DNA from: Mobula hypostoma
Lineage: Eukaryota
Reading direction: 5' to 3'
DNA length: 64,000 nucleotides
Assembly (NCBI RefSeq): GCF_963921235.1
Contig: NC_086097.1
Coordinates: forward strand, 19,470,001-19,534,000
The notes beneath the pieces are model-generated. The model was not told the DNA's origin and made no database searches. It saw nothing but the letters and a program-made list of their open reading frames with translations. Shown here piece by piece: positions 1 through 12,588 of the stretch. Each line of letters opens with the position of its first letter. Position 1 is the first letter of the stretch. The position numbers and the translations under genes are program-made.

Positions 1-194
1 TTCTTATTTTGTTTATTTTTACAAAGCACGTCGATATAAAATTCCTCACGCTCATCTTCAAGCACAGCATTTACTTGTTTCAATTTATTTTCCTTCTTTC
101 TACTTTTACAACAGCGTGAAAAATGATTAATCTTACCGCAGCCATTGCAAATTTTGCCATATGTGGGACACTGATTTGGACAATGGTCCACAGA

Positions 195-352
195 GGTTGG
201 TTGAATGTGTCTACCCAGGGTCACAGAGTAGCGTCCGATCTGGAACGTCAACCGTGGGCATGATTTTTTTCTCTCCGCCAACAGAAGTACAGAGATAGAA
301 GTCCCTCTACATTGTGTTTATTGATGTCACTGAGGCACTTGACTTGGTCAGT
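195..352 (+). mobile_element. RTE-clade LINE fragment (RT core, decayed)
   Basis: Frameshifted translation VYPGSQS..RSGTSTVGMIF-SLRQ..PLYIVFIDVTEALDLV resembles the RTE RT motif PESQCGFR..STVDMIFSLRQLQEKCRE..PLYIAFIDLTKAFDLV. Confidence 0.75.
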
Positions 353-468
353 TCCTCTCTACCAGGGCCATGCACAGTATAATGTGCCCACAAAGTACAG
401 AGTAAAGCTAAGTTCAAGTTCAATTTGTTTAATTTTCATCCATCCATACATATACGTATAGACTCTAT

Positions 469-619
469 TGTGGTGAACGTTCAGTCCATGATGACAAACG
501 AGAGGAACTCATTTATCTCAACTGCTGTTTTTATTGCAATAAGCGCAATAACAGACAGAGCTCTATCGCTTGCTGAGAACCGACCCAGTCAAGTGCAGAC
601 GGGGAAGGTGATTACTACA
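469..619 (-). mobile_element. Gypsy LTR (3' LTR, about 150 bp)
   Basis: Minus strand reads TGTAGTAATCAC...TTCACCACA (TG..CA) and contains AATAAA. A diverged inverted copy lies at 1963-2106. Confidence 0.7.
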
Positions 620-1865
620 CATCCTGGTTACAGGCAGGGTGACCCACAAGCGAACAACTGTATAACCCGAATGCATTTTAAAACAAGAACAATAAACAGC
701 ATTGGCCACTAGGAATGCTGGGGCGAGCTGTCGACCACACCACACTGTCACTACCTGAGAGGTCAGCTGAACCCAACAACCCCAGACAAAAGTCCTGGTG
801 GAGTTTGACGCTGCCTCCTGGGGTCTGGATCGTGACTGTAGCACCCCGCCCAGGGGAAGCACAGTTCGGTGAGGCAAGAGGCAGGGCACCCAGAGTGTCA
901 CTTCCTTCAGCCTCGCTGAGTCAATGGTGGCTACCAGCTGATCCGGTGCAGCACAACTGCCTTCCACCAGCCAGGAAACCTCATCCAGTATACCACATCA
1001 GAGATGTGGTCGAGCACCTCTTCCAGCCCCATCCAGTGTCTTCCAAACTTAGGGATAGTCCCTCTTTTCTTGGTGGGGCCATAGACCCATACTGGGGCCC
1101 CCACCAGCTACTGTTATATTGCTGCCCTGGACTAGTGGCCCAGCCCCTCCTGGGATGTGCATGAATAGCTCCACGTCCTGCCTGTCCTCGGGCCGATAGA
1201 AGATTTGGCACAGTTTGCCGAAGTCTTTGTGACTCTGAAATTGCTGGCCCCCACCAGCCCCTGCTCCGACCGCCCATGCGAAGCCCCTAGGGGACTGCCA
1301 GCTGCCGGAGATGTCTGCTGCCTTCGGAAATCCGCCACCACCGGAACAGCAAACCGTTGCGCACCTCCAGCATGCCACACTGAGAGATTGGGGGGCTTTG
1401 GTCTCTGGATCCAGGCTGGAAACCTCTGCCTGCTCTGGCCATTGTCCCACGCCCAGCCACCCCCTCACCCGGGCCAGCACGGGCTCACGCTCCTCTTTGC
1501 CGCACAGCCACTGGTGATCAAAAGTGGGGACGCCTACCTCGTCAGCAGCTGCCACCTGAAGCGCAGCCCCGCCACTTGCCCCTGGTTCTGCCGTGTTGCG
1601 CTGGGCCACTGCGGGTCGTGCTGCACAGCTGCGGGCTGCCGGGAGACCGGTGGTGGCTGTTGCTGTCCCCACCGAGTCTGCTTTCTGGGGCTGCCCTGCT
1701 GGAGAGCCATGGCTTCAGCACCGAGGTAGAGTGTTGCCCCCGGCACCTCCACGCAGGCCCCTCCTCCACCCCAGCGGGACAGCACGACTGCCTTCTGCCA
1801 CCCAGGGAACCACATCCGGTGCAGCGCATCGGAGATGTGTCGAGCACCTCTTCCAGCGGGTCGTT
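620..1865 (-). mobile_element. Ty3/Gypsy pol remnant (integrase zinc-finger region and C-terminus), decayed, with a duplicated segment
   Basis: Minus frames give EPVLARVRGWLGVGQWPEQAEVSSLDPETK, a degenerate HG..GAGHFGVTKT..FYRP..RQDVELF, and LEEVLDHISDVVYWMRFPG..VVLHR. The last segment occurs twice (about 940-1030 and 1775-1858). Confidence 0.75.
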
Positions 1866-1962
1866 GTCCACCCAGGCCGGGATGGCTGGTCCGTGTTGGG
1901 GAGGACACCTGGACAGTTGTTAGCTTGTGTGTTTGTGAGTCACCCTGACTGTAACTGGGGTG

Positions 1963-2126
1963 TGTAATAATCACATCCCCCGTCTACATGTGACTGAGTT
2001 GGTCCTCTCCGAGCGACAGTGCTCTGTCCATTATTGTGCTTGGTGAATGGCAGTTGAGATAAACAAGCTCTTCTCATCAGTCATCACGGACCGGATGCTC
2101 ACCCCATTGGTGTCAGGAGTGGGATT
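1963..2126 (+). mobile_element. Gypsy LTR followed by a tRNA-Leu primer-binding site
   Basis: TGTAATAATCAC...CTCACCCCA (1963-2106), then TGGTGTCAGGAGTGGGATT (2108-2126), which is complementary to the 3' end of tRNA-Leu. The LTR is preceded by PPT-like AACTGGGG. Confidence 0.75.
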
Positions 2127-2342
2127 AGAAATTGCTGGCTGGCCCTGCTGTCCGTGCTCCGTCCTGCCAGCACCGACAGAGGACTTCATGCAGTGGTGTG
2201 GTCAAGTGGTCATGCAGTGCTTATCATGTCTGGGGAAATCCTGTCATTGCCTGGTGCCTTCCCTGAGGACAAAAGGCCTTTGGCCTTGCTGAGCTCCTGT
2301 CGCATCAGCTCTCCATCCTGTTCTTCCACTGCTGGCAGGCAC

Positions 2343-3600
2343 TCAACGGCATCCAGGGCTGAGGTGGTGACAGTTCTCACTCTGGAAGTCAGAGAAATGT
2401 TCTACCCATCTCTCCATCTGTTTGTCCCTGTCTGTGATTACTTCCCCATTGATGGATTTGAGGGGAGCAATCCTGCTCTGAGACGGGCCGAGGGCTTTTT
2501 TGATGCCTTCATACATACGCCTGATATTGCCTGTCAGTGCAGTGGTCTGGATGTCTCCACTGAGCTGGACCCAGTAGTCACTGGCACAGCGTCTGGCAGG
2601 CTGCTGAACTTCACCTCTAGTAGCTCTCAGGATCTGTAGATTCCTCTCAGTTGGAGAATACTTATACTTGGCTAGGGCAGCACGATTGGCTTCAATGCCA
2701 GGGGCCATCTCATTGGGTTTGGCTTCAAGCCAGTCATTTGTTTTTGAGGTCTTTATCCCAAAGGTAGCTAAGGCTGTCCTGAACAGTAGGTGGTATTCTG
2801 CAGAAGTTCCCATTTCCCTGTGTCAGTTTCCAGGCTGCTGGGCGCTCAGTGCTTTCTCGACGAACTTTGCAGATCTAGGTGAGACAACTTACTGGCTCCC
2901 CTGCAAGGGTTCCCTTCTTGTTTAGTGCAATGGAATTTCTTTGACTGCAGTCTGCATGTGCAATACATCAGCGAGTAGCCTGTGCCATAGTCTGTGCTAT
3001 GGCAGGAACGTGTGAAAAGCACACTACCGAGGAAGGAGGGCCTGACAAGGATCATGTTGAGCTGGTGCTAGTGTCCGGAGTGAGAGTGTCTCCAGGAAAC
3101 CTTGTGTTGAAACTTGGACTGGAAGTATAAGTTGGTGATACGTTGATTATGGTAGGTACAGAACCCCACAATTGCTGTCCGCCATCATTCATCTTGCCCA
3201 CGCCAAAGTGACCTAGGCAGAAGGGTCAGGAGTCATGATCTGCACCCACTCTGACAATGAAAACAAGTGTTCCTTGCTCAGGGTATTCCTAATAGTGGCG
3301 GCGAGGTTCCTTTGCCTCAGATGTGGAGCACAGCGTGGGAGTGTACACACTGACAACGTGTTCTCACTGCAAAGTCTACTCCATGCTCTCTGGGCTCATC
3401 AGAGCCCTTCCTTTACCAGAGAAAGGTGCAGCCTTTCTCCTTTAGTGTGCCTGAGTCAGCCAGACCCATCTCCTGGTGGCTACGTCCTCATGAAATTGCT
3501 TGAGCTCTTCATTTATTACAGCAGTCTTCCTCACATCACCGATGCCTTAAGGCTATCAGAGAGGCCAGTCATCATTGCTCGAACATTCCCACATTCCAGT
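2343..3600 (-). mobile_element. RTE-clade LINE 5' part (endonuclease and linker), decayed
   Basis: ORFs 2343-2813 (ARRCASDYWVQL..GNIRRMYEGIKKALGP..DKQMERWVEHFS) and 2846-3055 (MILVRPSFLGSVLFTRSCHSTDYGT) resemble the RTE endonuclease C-terminus and linker. Confidence 0.8.
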
Positions 3601-3619
3601 CTCAGAGCTGATCGCTTTT

Positions 3620-4670
3620 ATTCCACTGTCGATCAGATGGCGCGCTCTTTAACCTTATCCACCTAACAGCCAAAATCAAAGTGCATCAGGTTATGATCTA
3701 AGATATGTTGCTTGCTAATGATTCAGTAGTCACAACCCACACTCCTCAGCATCTCCAGAGCTTAATGGCTCACTTCTTCCAGGCCTGCAAGAAATTCGGT
3801 CTGACTGTCAGGCTGAAAAAGACAAATGTCTTGGGGCAAGACGTGGAGGCATTACCAATCATTACCAATGATAACCACAAACTGGATGTTGTTCACCAGT
3901 TCATACACCTGGGGGCCTTCGTCAGTGACAACCTCTCCTTGGATGTAGAAATCGACAAGCGCATCGGGAAGGCTACAACAGTTCTTGCCTGCCTCACCAC
4001 ACAAGTCTGGGAGAACTCCAAACTCTCAGTCAAAACAAAGATGGCAGTGTACAACACTTGTGTTACCAGCACAACGCTGCACAGCAGCGCGACCTGGAGA
4101 ACATACGCTAAGCTGGAGAGAAGGCGCAACACCTTCCATTTAAGGTGCCTTCATCCCATCTTGGGCATCTCCTGGAGAGACAGAGCACCCAAGTGCTGTG
4201 GTTCTTTCACGCTGGCCTCTCTATTATGTACACTCTGCGCAAGCAGTGTTAGGCTGCACTGGCTGGGCCGTATCTGCTGCATGTCAGACAGCTGTTTCCC
4301 AAAAGACATCCTCTACTGTGATCTGCCTTCAGGCAAGAGAACTACTGGCCTACAAAGATTGCAACTGTGCTACAAAGATGTCTGCAAGCCGGACGTGAAG
4401 GCACTGGACATTAGCACTGAGTGCTGAGAGGAACCTGCAGCCAACCGCACCAGGTGGAGAAAGATCCTGAAATAACACCTTACGCCAGGGGAAAAAAAAT
4501 TCTTGCAAGTGGGAGAAGACAAACAGCCCATAGAACGGAATGCTGCATCTCCCCGAGAGCTGAGAGCACTTACAGATGCAGCCTTTGCAACAGAGGCAGC
4601 CACTCTCGCATTGGTCTGGTCAGACACAGACGGCGCTGCACCAACAACTAGGTTGCAAGATCCATGGCCA
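3620..4670 (+). mobile_element. RTE-clade LINE 3' part (RT thumb and C-terminal C2H2-like finger)
   Basis: RSDGALFNL..DMLLAND (decayed FADD), FGLTVRLKKTNVL, LDVEIDKRIGKA, and terminal YRCSLCNRGSHSRIGLVRHRRRC. Confidence 0.9.
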
Positions 4671-5264
4671 ACCACAAGAGGGCCTCACCTGGCAACGTTA
4701 CAACCCGGAGAGTTCTGAGGATAACAGAGAACGCTTGCATGGATGTTACAAACACTGGAGGATGTTGGCCAAGAGAAAGGACTGGTTGTGTTGGAACAGA
4801 GGAAACTGAAGAGAAATTCAGTTGAGTATAATGGAACAAGATAGTGGACAGGAAGGACCTGTTGTCCTGAACAGGAGGTCAATGTCTCCCCTGCATTAGA
4901 TTAACGTACAACAGCACACACAAAATGATGAAGGAATTCAGCAGGTCAGGGAATATCCATGGACGGGAATAAACAGCCTCTATGTATTAATGTTTCCTCT
5001 GCTTCTGCTTGGTACTGCGCAAGCACTGCCAGACGGCTGTTATAACGCGCAGTCGGTGTGAACGACGTGGGAGTTAAATTGTAAAATAACCTTTTTTGAC
5101 TAGATCCCCTAAATCGATTTGATTGAGTCTATCTTTAAAAATATTAATGTCAGAAATACTGCGTAGGTCAGGCGGCAGAAGATTCCACTCTCTTGTTGGT
5201 CTTGGGTACAGGGAGTATTAATGTTTCTAAGCAATAGCTATATAGATACAGAAGCAAACATTCT

Positions 5265-5360
5265 ATCTCTCTACTCTCTCTCTTCTCTTGCTTTCTCTCT
5301 ATCTCTCTTTCCCTCTATCTTTCTTTCCCTGTCTCTCTCTCTCTCTCTCTCACACACACA
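5265..5360. repeat. (TC)n/(AC)n low-complexity microsatellite
   Basis: Direct inspection. Confidence 0.9.
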
Positions 5361-6429
5361 TAGAAGTCTATGACATGGGAAAGGCTCTTCAGCCTACAAT
5401 GACAGCATAATGCCAATTTAAACTAAATCCCTTCTGCCTGTCCATGGCCCATATCTCTACATTCCCTGCAAGTTCATCTCACTATCATTCATGCACTTCA
5501 GACCGAGACGAAATGTTGACCGTTTATTCCCCTCCATAGGCACTGCCTGACCTGTGGAGTTCCTCCAGCATTTTCTGCCAGTTGCCCAAGATTTCCAGCA
5601 TCTGTCTATAATGGAGGAAACCTGACTGGCTGAGAAAGCTGAGATGCTAGTGAGCTTCCATGTGTCCATATGGATGGATTAGGAGAAATTATTGGTGATA
5701 TTTTTACAGATCGAGTTTGCGAGTCTGCTGGAGGCTGGAGGCCTGGAAGTCTGTCCTGGATTTGAGGTTCTGCCCACGTGTGTGGGCAGATGGGAGGGAG
5801 GAAAGGAGCTTGTTTTGTTGTGGTTTTGTTGCTTGTTGTGGTCTATTTTGTTGTGCTCTGTGTTCTTCTGCCAAGCATCGAGGGCTTGTGATGTAGGCGC
5901 CTGGGGACTGCCCCCTGCACACCCTTAGGTTGTGTTGGTAAACACAAACAACACATTTCACTGTATGTTTCAACGTACATGTGATAAATAAATCTGAATG
6001 TCTGCCTCAGCAAACAGGGGTACGTGTTCCGCTGGCTAGAGCCAAGGATCAGGTGTTTGGTTTTGCTGACGTTGTGGGAAAGGTTGTTGCCATGGCACCG
6101 TGTCACTAGGCTCTCTATCTCCTTCCTGTACCCTGCCTTGTCATTGTTTGAGGTCTAGCCCACTGGTGTGGGGTCATCTGCAAACTTGTAGATGGAGGTG
6201 CTGCTGAATTGATCCATGCAGAGCATACAATCACAACTGCCTGACTGGTGATGCCATTAGGTATACTAATGACACCAGGCAAATGTGATGGGAGTTCCTC
6301 AATTTCCCGATGGATTGAACTTCACCTAGAAATTAACCTCACTGGTAAAGTCATCTGTATGCGTCAATGGACCCACGTCCAGGACACCCTGCGTCCACTG
6401 CACCATTTTGACATTTCCTTTAGCCTGGT

Positions 6430-6750
6430 CTTACCCTCACTATGGATGTCCAGTCCTTAGACAACTGTATTCCCCTCCTCCAGCCCTCTATCCCTTTCAC
6501 CAATCAACGTTCCAGCTTTTTAATTCACCCCTCCCCCTCCCCTTTCACCTATCACCTGCCACCTTGTACTACTTCCTACCCTCCCCCCACCTTCTTATTC
6601 TGACATCTCCCCTTCCTTTTCAGTCCCAATGAAGGGTCTCGACCCGAAACATTGACTGTTTACTCTTTCCCATAGGTGCTGCCTGGCCTGCTGAGTTCCT
6701 CCAGCATTTTGTGTGCATTACTTTGGATTTCCAGCATCTGCAAACTTTCT
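6430..6750 (+). mobile_element. Penelope-like element 3' end with degenerate hammerhead motif (6621-6658)
   Basis: Polypyrimidine UTR, then cagtc-ccaatga-agggtctcgaccc-gaaac-att-gactg and the family tail gctgagttcctccagca...ccagcatctgca. Confidence 0.8.
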
Positions 6751-8167
6751 TATGTCTGTGACATCCTCAGACGGTGTTGGGTTATTGACACAAATGACAC
6801 ATTTCACCGTAAATGTCAGAACGTTCAGTGCAGAGATAATGACACTGAAGTGGGTCAGCAGTTCACTGACTTCAATGAGATCTGTTGCAGGATTTTAACA
6901 GCAAGCACTAGGCCAACAGGGCCATTAACTAAAAATCTCAAAGTGAGAGTTAACTGCCAACACCACAGCTGGGAGCAATGCCAAAATATTAAACCAATAC
7001 CGTCCCATTACAGAATCTGTCGAAATGCTAGTCCTCTTTCCCGAACAAGTACGAGGGTAAGCAGGAAGTACAAATGTTGCCGTGCTTTTGGTCAAGGCTC
7101 GACAAGACTGAAACAAAAGGAAGTGAGTTAAATACTGCCAGTAATTAGCTGGAATGTGCACACTCCCAAGAGTAATTGTCAAATCCGTTGTGCAGCTCGC
7201 CTGCGCAGGTGTGTAGTCCCCGCTGCAGAGTCCGTGATTGTAACACTACTGCATGGGACAAATAAAGCCCATCTCTCTCCCTGAACACAAACCCTACCCA
7301 GTGTTAATGGGGATAGGTAAAATGAAATTCATTTTTAAAACTGGCTCTCCGTTTCTCTCGTCGTCTGCAGCTGGAAATCTTTATATGATTAATCATGGGC
7401 TGGTCGACTCGAGTTTTGAAACTACTCCTCATTCAATCTACATAGAGCATCAAGCGTGACCTCTGCTGCAGTACAGCCACGAGAGAAGACAGGAGGAAAT
7501 CAACTGGAGATTTGTGTCTTCCACTGAGTATTAATCTGCCAGGTATTCTTCACTACAATCTTGCATTAATTATAGGAAGATACTGTTGCAGGGACTGGAT
7601 TTAACTGATTCAGAGCGCAAGCAGTTCAGTCACCGTTGACACAAGTGATCCCATTGGTGTGTTAATGAGTCAGACTTCTAGGCCTCTCCTGGTGATTTTC
7701 CCAAGCATCATTCAATGCAAACTGCAATGAGAGCAGAACCCTGGAAAGCATGTGCATTAGTGGAGGTCTTCGTCAGCATTAAAGGCATTTAATGCTGCCA
7801 TCTCCTCTAGTCCCATCACACAGCTTCTCACAAGCATCTCCTTGACCAGTAGAAGCAGCAGAGAAGGGGAAGCACACACCTGTTGAGAGGATCATGGAGA
7901 CTTTGTCGGCTGGGGGTGTAAGGGGTGGAAAGGAGTGAAGGAAGGTGTTAAGTGATTGGAGAACAATCAAGGTCAGTCAGCACCAAAATGGATTTTGTCT
8001 TTCTATAGCACATGGAGGATGTGCTAGGCGCTTTACAGCTGATGATGTAGATTTGAAGTATATTGCTCGTTTAATGGAGGAAATGCTGCCAGCACATTCT
8101 ACAGAAGTGATGGAGGCCATCTCGCCTGATTTCAGTTGTTAGCCTGGGACATTAGTAGTGGCAGCGC

Positions 8168-8270
8168 CACACACAAAACGCTGGAGGAACTCTGCAGGTC
8201 AGGCAGCGTCTATGGAAGGGAATAAACAGTTGATGTTTCTGGTTGATATCCTTCATCAAGACATGAAAGG
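8168..8270 (-). mobile_element. Penelope-like terminal repeat, degenerate hammerhead
   Basis: acacaaaacgctggaggaactc...cagttgatgtttc..cttcatcaagac is the reverse complement of the family repeat. Confidence 0.7.
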
Positions 8271-8309
8271 TCAGGCTTGGTACTGTATGTAGGCTGGAGC
8301 AGGAGTGGT

Positions 8310-9680
8310 TTCAAAACTTGAATCAACCAGCTGTGGTGAATAATATAGATCAAGTCATTCAACCGTACACGTGTATATCACCAAATGAAACAACGTTCCT
8401 CCAGACCAAGGTGCATAGCATAGTACATAATACTTATATGCACAACGCATAAAGTAATATTACCAAAATAAGTTAACAAGTAATAAGGTGCATTTACAAC
8501 ACAAGTTAAAAAATAAACAGCATAACACCATGGTCGCTTCATACATGATGAGATCTTAATGGTGACAGGACGTTCAGTAGTCTCATAGCCTGGGAGAATA
8601 AGCTGTTTTCCAGTACCTTCTGCCTATTGGTGGGGGTGGGGGGGTGGTCAAAGAGATTGTTGGATAGATGGGAGGAATCATTGACAATGCTAAGGGCCCT
8701 GCATATGCAGTGCTCCTGATAGATATCCCAGATGGATGGAAGGGATGTCCCAATGATCCACTCAATGCTCCTTACAGTCCTTCGTAGGGTCTTGCGGCCA
8801 GATGCCTTGCAATTCCCCTACCATACAGTGATCCAGCTGGTCAGGACATTCTCGATGGTGTTAGAATAGATGGGGGGGGGGGGGCGGGACTTTGCTTGCC
8901 TCAGGAAGTGGAGATGATGCTGTGTTTTCTTGACAAAAGAGGTGGTGTTGAGGGACCACAGGTGAAAGAAATAAAGAGTCAGTTTTTCGGGGCAGTGGTG
9001 GGAATAATAGAGATTGCACTCTCTTCTGTAGCACCATGCCATCTTTTCCATTCACTCTTGAATGAGGGTCCCTTTCACATCTGCTCTACGGGCAGCTCCC
9101 CGGACTGTGCAGCACTCCTACAGCACCATGTGGCTGAGGTGAATTGTATTCTACTCTCTTGGAATGGAACATGAACCCTGAACCTCCAAGAAGTCAAAGT
9201 CGAGTTCATTGTCAAATGCAAAAGTACTTGTACGTTCAGGAACAATGAAAAACCTTTTGCAGCAGTATCACAGACACATAGCACCTGATACACAACACTC
9301 ACAGGAAAAGCAAAATTTAAACATAAATTATACAAGAAAGGACACAATTAAAACAAAAAAATAGCCCATGTAGTGGAACGTGGTCGTAGTGTTACTGTAC
9401 CGGGTAGCAATTAGCATGGCACAGGTTGATTCAAGAACTGAACAGTTGAGGGGAAATAACAGTTCTTGAAGCTGGTGGTGTGGGACTTCAAGTTTCTGTA
9501 CCTCCTGCCCAATGGTAGCTGCAAGTAGATGTCATGGCTGGGAAGGATGGGATTCCTGATGATATTGTCTTGGGGCAGCACCTCCGATAGATACTACCAA
9601 TGGTGGGGTAGGATGTGTCTATGATAGACTGGGCTGAATCCATTACTTTCTGCAACTTCATACATTCATGCATATCCACT
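8310..9680 (-). mobile_element. Two stacked decayed Rex1/L2-like LINE 3' fragments
   Basis: Minus frames give KKTQHHLHFLR, TIENVLTSWITVW, KLQKVMDSAQSII..PTIGSIYRRCC. Confidence 0.7.
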
Positions 9681-9799
9681 GAGTCCCAGTTAATTCTGAC
9701 TTTGTCAAACTACACCCACAGTAGGCTTGATAACTCTGATTGGACATACTTTGAGATGCCATCATATGACCATGAGTGTCTGGTATCCTGCTGCTGGCT

Positions 9800-10500
9800 G
9801 GCCAACCGTTCCTTCTCCAGCAGTCCAGCAGGATTGAGGATGACCTGCTCCCACTCCGGTTTTGTGGATTCTGACTGAGAAATACATGGGAACTCTTCCA
9901 TGGATGGGGCAGAAGAAGCCTGATGGATTTGGCAGGCGGGCGGTATGCCCAATCCATCTGCCGTTTATGTAGGGTTTCTGTCTAATCCTGATCCAAGGTT
10001 CCCAACATCATCCCACAAGCTCCTTCTTCACTTTGAGTTCTCCTAGGGTGGAGCTTTCCTCGAGTCAGGAGAAGTATTTGATCTTTTGCAGGAGCTTTTG
10101 AGCACATTTGAGCATAGCATTGGTATAATCTCTTTTTCTGTCTGCCTGGTGATTGCTTCCTGTGACAGAAGTCAGTGGAGAGAGATTTTCAGGAGTGTGG
10201 TGTTGGTCAGGAAATGATGGGCCCTGACCACAACCACCTGAGTATAACCAGAGCCTCAGTACATTGTTGGCCTATGAGAAGACACTTCTCCTTCCAACTT
10301 GGAGGATTTTGCAGAGATAGCATTGGTGGTATCTTCCGATATCTGGCGATATATAGGTAGACCAAGTTGCAAAATCTTACTGGAAGGCATTTCTCAACCC
10401 TTCTATCTAACAGAGCTTCACCTTCCAATGCCGTGTGTCCTGATTGGATCATTCTTGGCTGTTGGTTTGGTTCCTCAACTGAAATACTTTTATACAACAA
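9800..10500 (-). mobile_element. Decayed RTE-like LINE 3' fragment
   Basis: Frameshifted YHQC.LCKILQ..WK-like and LRWLWSG-like motifs; similar in character to the RTE C-terminus at 4100-4450. Confidence 0.5.
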
Positions 10501-11039
10501 CGGAAAAGTTGAACAAGAATGAGACGAGTGCTAAGTCTTTCAACAGCAATTTCACAATGGTTTTTTTTAATTTTCCTCCTGGCGTTGCCTCACACACATT
10601 CCAAGAAGTTAATACTCAATTCCTGGAGATGTGGGGACAATCAAGGAGGACTGGAAACTCTAGAATCCTGCCACAGCAACAGCAAAAACAAAATAATGTG
10701 GAAGCTAAAGATCTAAAATACTAGGTTTTGGAGATGCTTAGCATAATAAGGAGCATCTTTGGTGAAAGAGGTGGAGTTAATTGGTGACCTTAAATGCACA
10801 CTAATACCAATCTTTGTAACCAATTAATTTCTTCACTGACATCTCACTGATGAACCGATGGTACAGGTAGGTACAACGTAGAGAGTTCTTCATCAATAGA
10901 ATTCAGGTTTCAATCCATGCCAAAACTTCTGGTAGTATGGTTGCTAGCACAACACTATTACAGCATTAGCATCTGTAACCACCACTGTCTGTAAGGGATT
11001 TTTAGTCTCCTCGTGGCCGTGTGGGTTTCCTCTGGGTCC

Positions 11040-11440
11040 TCTATAGATGCAGAGTAGAGATTATCATGGCCTGGTATGAAAGCAACAATGCCCCAGTATG
11101 TAAAGTCCTACAGAAAGTGCTGGACACAGCCCAGTCCGTCACAGGCAAACCCTTCCCCACCACTGAGCACATCTACAAGGAGCGCTGCCAAAAGAAAGCA
11201 GCATCCATCATCAAGGACCCTCAGTGTCCAGGTCATGCTCTTCTCTCGCTACTACCTTCGGGTAAGAGCTACAGGAGCCTTAGCTCCCACACCATCTAGT
11301 TCAGGAACACTTATTACCCTACAGCCATCAGGCTGCTGAACTGGTACGGATAACTTCACTCACCTGAACTGATTCCACCACCAAAAGTCTCACTTTCAAG
11401 AACTCTGGGACTCCTATTCTCAGAAATATTCATTTTTTTT
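11040..11440 (+). mobile_element. Rex1/L2-like LINE 3' fragment
   Basis: LQKVLDTAQSVTG..KKAASIIKDPQCPGHALLSLLPSGKSYRSL. Confidence 0.8.
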
Positions 11441-11537
11441 AACTTTTTGCATTATGATATTCTCTGAAAACGTTTGTGCAGATTATTGGATCCCTTGAGG
11501 TAAACACGGCAGAGAGGTCCCTACTCCTCCCTCCACA

Positions 11538-12588
11538 GCACAGCAATGCAGGTGGATGCTTTCCTGGTGTCATGGATTCTTGATTACCTGACTGGCAGAC
11601 CACAGTACGTGTGCCTGCAACACTGTGTGTCCAACAGAGTGATCAGCAGCACTGGGGCTCCACAGGGGACTGTCTTGTCTCCCTTTCTCTTCACCATTTA
11701 CACCTCGGATTTCAACTACTGCACAGAGTCTTGTCATCTTCAGTAGTTTTCTGATGACTCTGCCATAGGTGGATGCATCAGCAAGGGAGATGAGGCTGAG
11801 CACAGGGCTACCATAGGAAACTTTGTCACATGGTGTGAGCAGAATTATCTGCAGCTTAATGTGAAAAAGACTAAGGAACTGGTTGTAGACCTGAGGAGAG
11901 CTAAGGTACCGGTGACCCCTGTTTCCACCCAGGGGGTCAGTGTGGACATGGTGGAGGATTGCAAATACCTGGGGATACGAATTGACAATAAACTGGACTG
12001 GTCAAAGAACACTGAGGCTGTCTACAAGAAGGGTCAGAGCCTCTATTTCCTGAGGAGCCTGAGGTCCTTTAACATCTGCCGGACGATGCTGAGGATGTTC
12101 TACGAGTCTGTGGTGGCCAGTGCGATCATGTTTGCTGTTGTGTGCTGGGGCAGCAGGCTGAAGGTAGCAGACACCAACAGAATCAACAAACTCATTCGTA
12201 AGGCCAGTGATGTTGTAGGGATGGAACTGGACTCTCTGACGGTGGTGTCTGAAAAGAGGATGCTGTCCAAGTTGCATGCCATCTTGGACAATGTCTCCCA
12301 TCCACTACATAATGTACTGGGTGGGCACAGGAGTACATTCAGCCAGAGACTCATTCCACCGAGATGCAACACAGAGCGTCATAGGAAGTCATTCCTGCCT
12401 GTGGCCATCAAACTTTACAACTCCTCCCTTGGAGGGTCAGACACCCTGAGTCAATAGGCTGGTCCTGGACTTATTTCCTGACATAATTACTATTTAACTA
12501 TTTATGGTTTTATTACTATTTATTATTTATGGTGCAACTGTAACGAAAACCAATTTCCCCCGGGATCAATAAAGTATGACTATGACTG
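11538..12588 (+). mobile_element. Rex1/Babar-like LINE, 5'-truncated and fairly young (RT C-half, 3' UTR, tail)
   Basis: WILDYLTGRPQYV, TGAPQGTVLSPFLF, stop codon before FSDD, KTKELVVDLRR, HPLH..RHRKSFLPVAIKLYN; then AATAAA and a (TATGAC)n tail. Confidence 0.9.

Noticed and set aside
715..1974. Many overlapping GC-rich ORFs
   Set aside because: Shadow frames of a decayed Gypsy pol.
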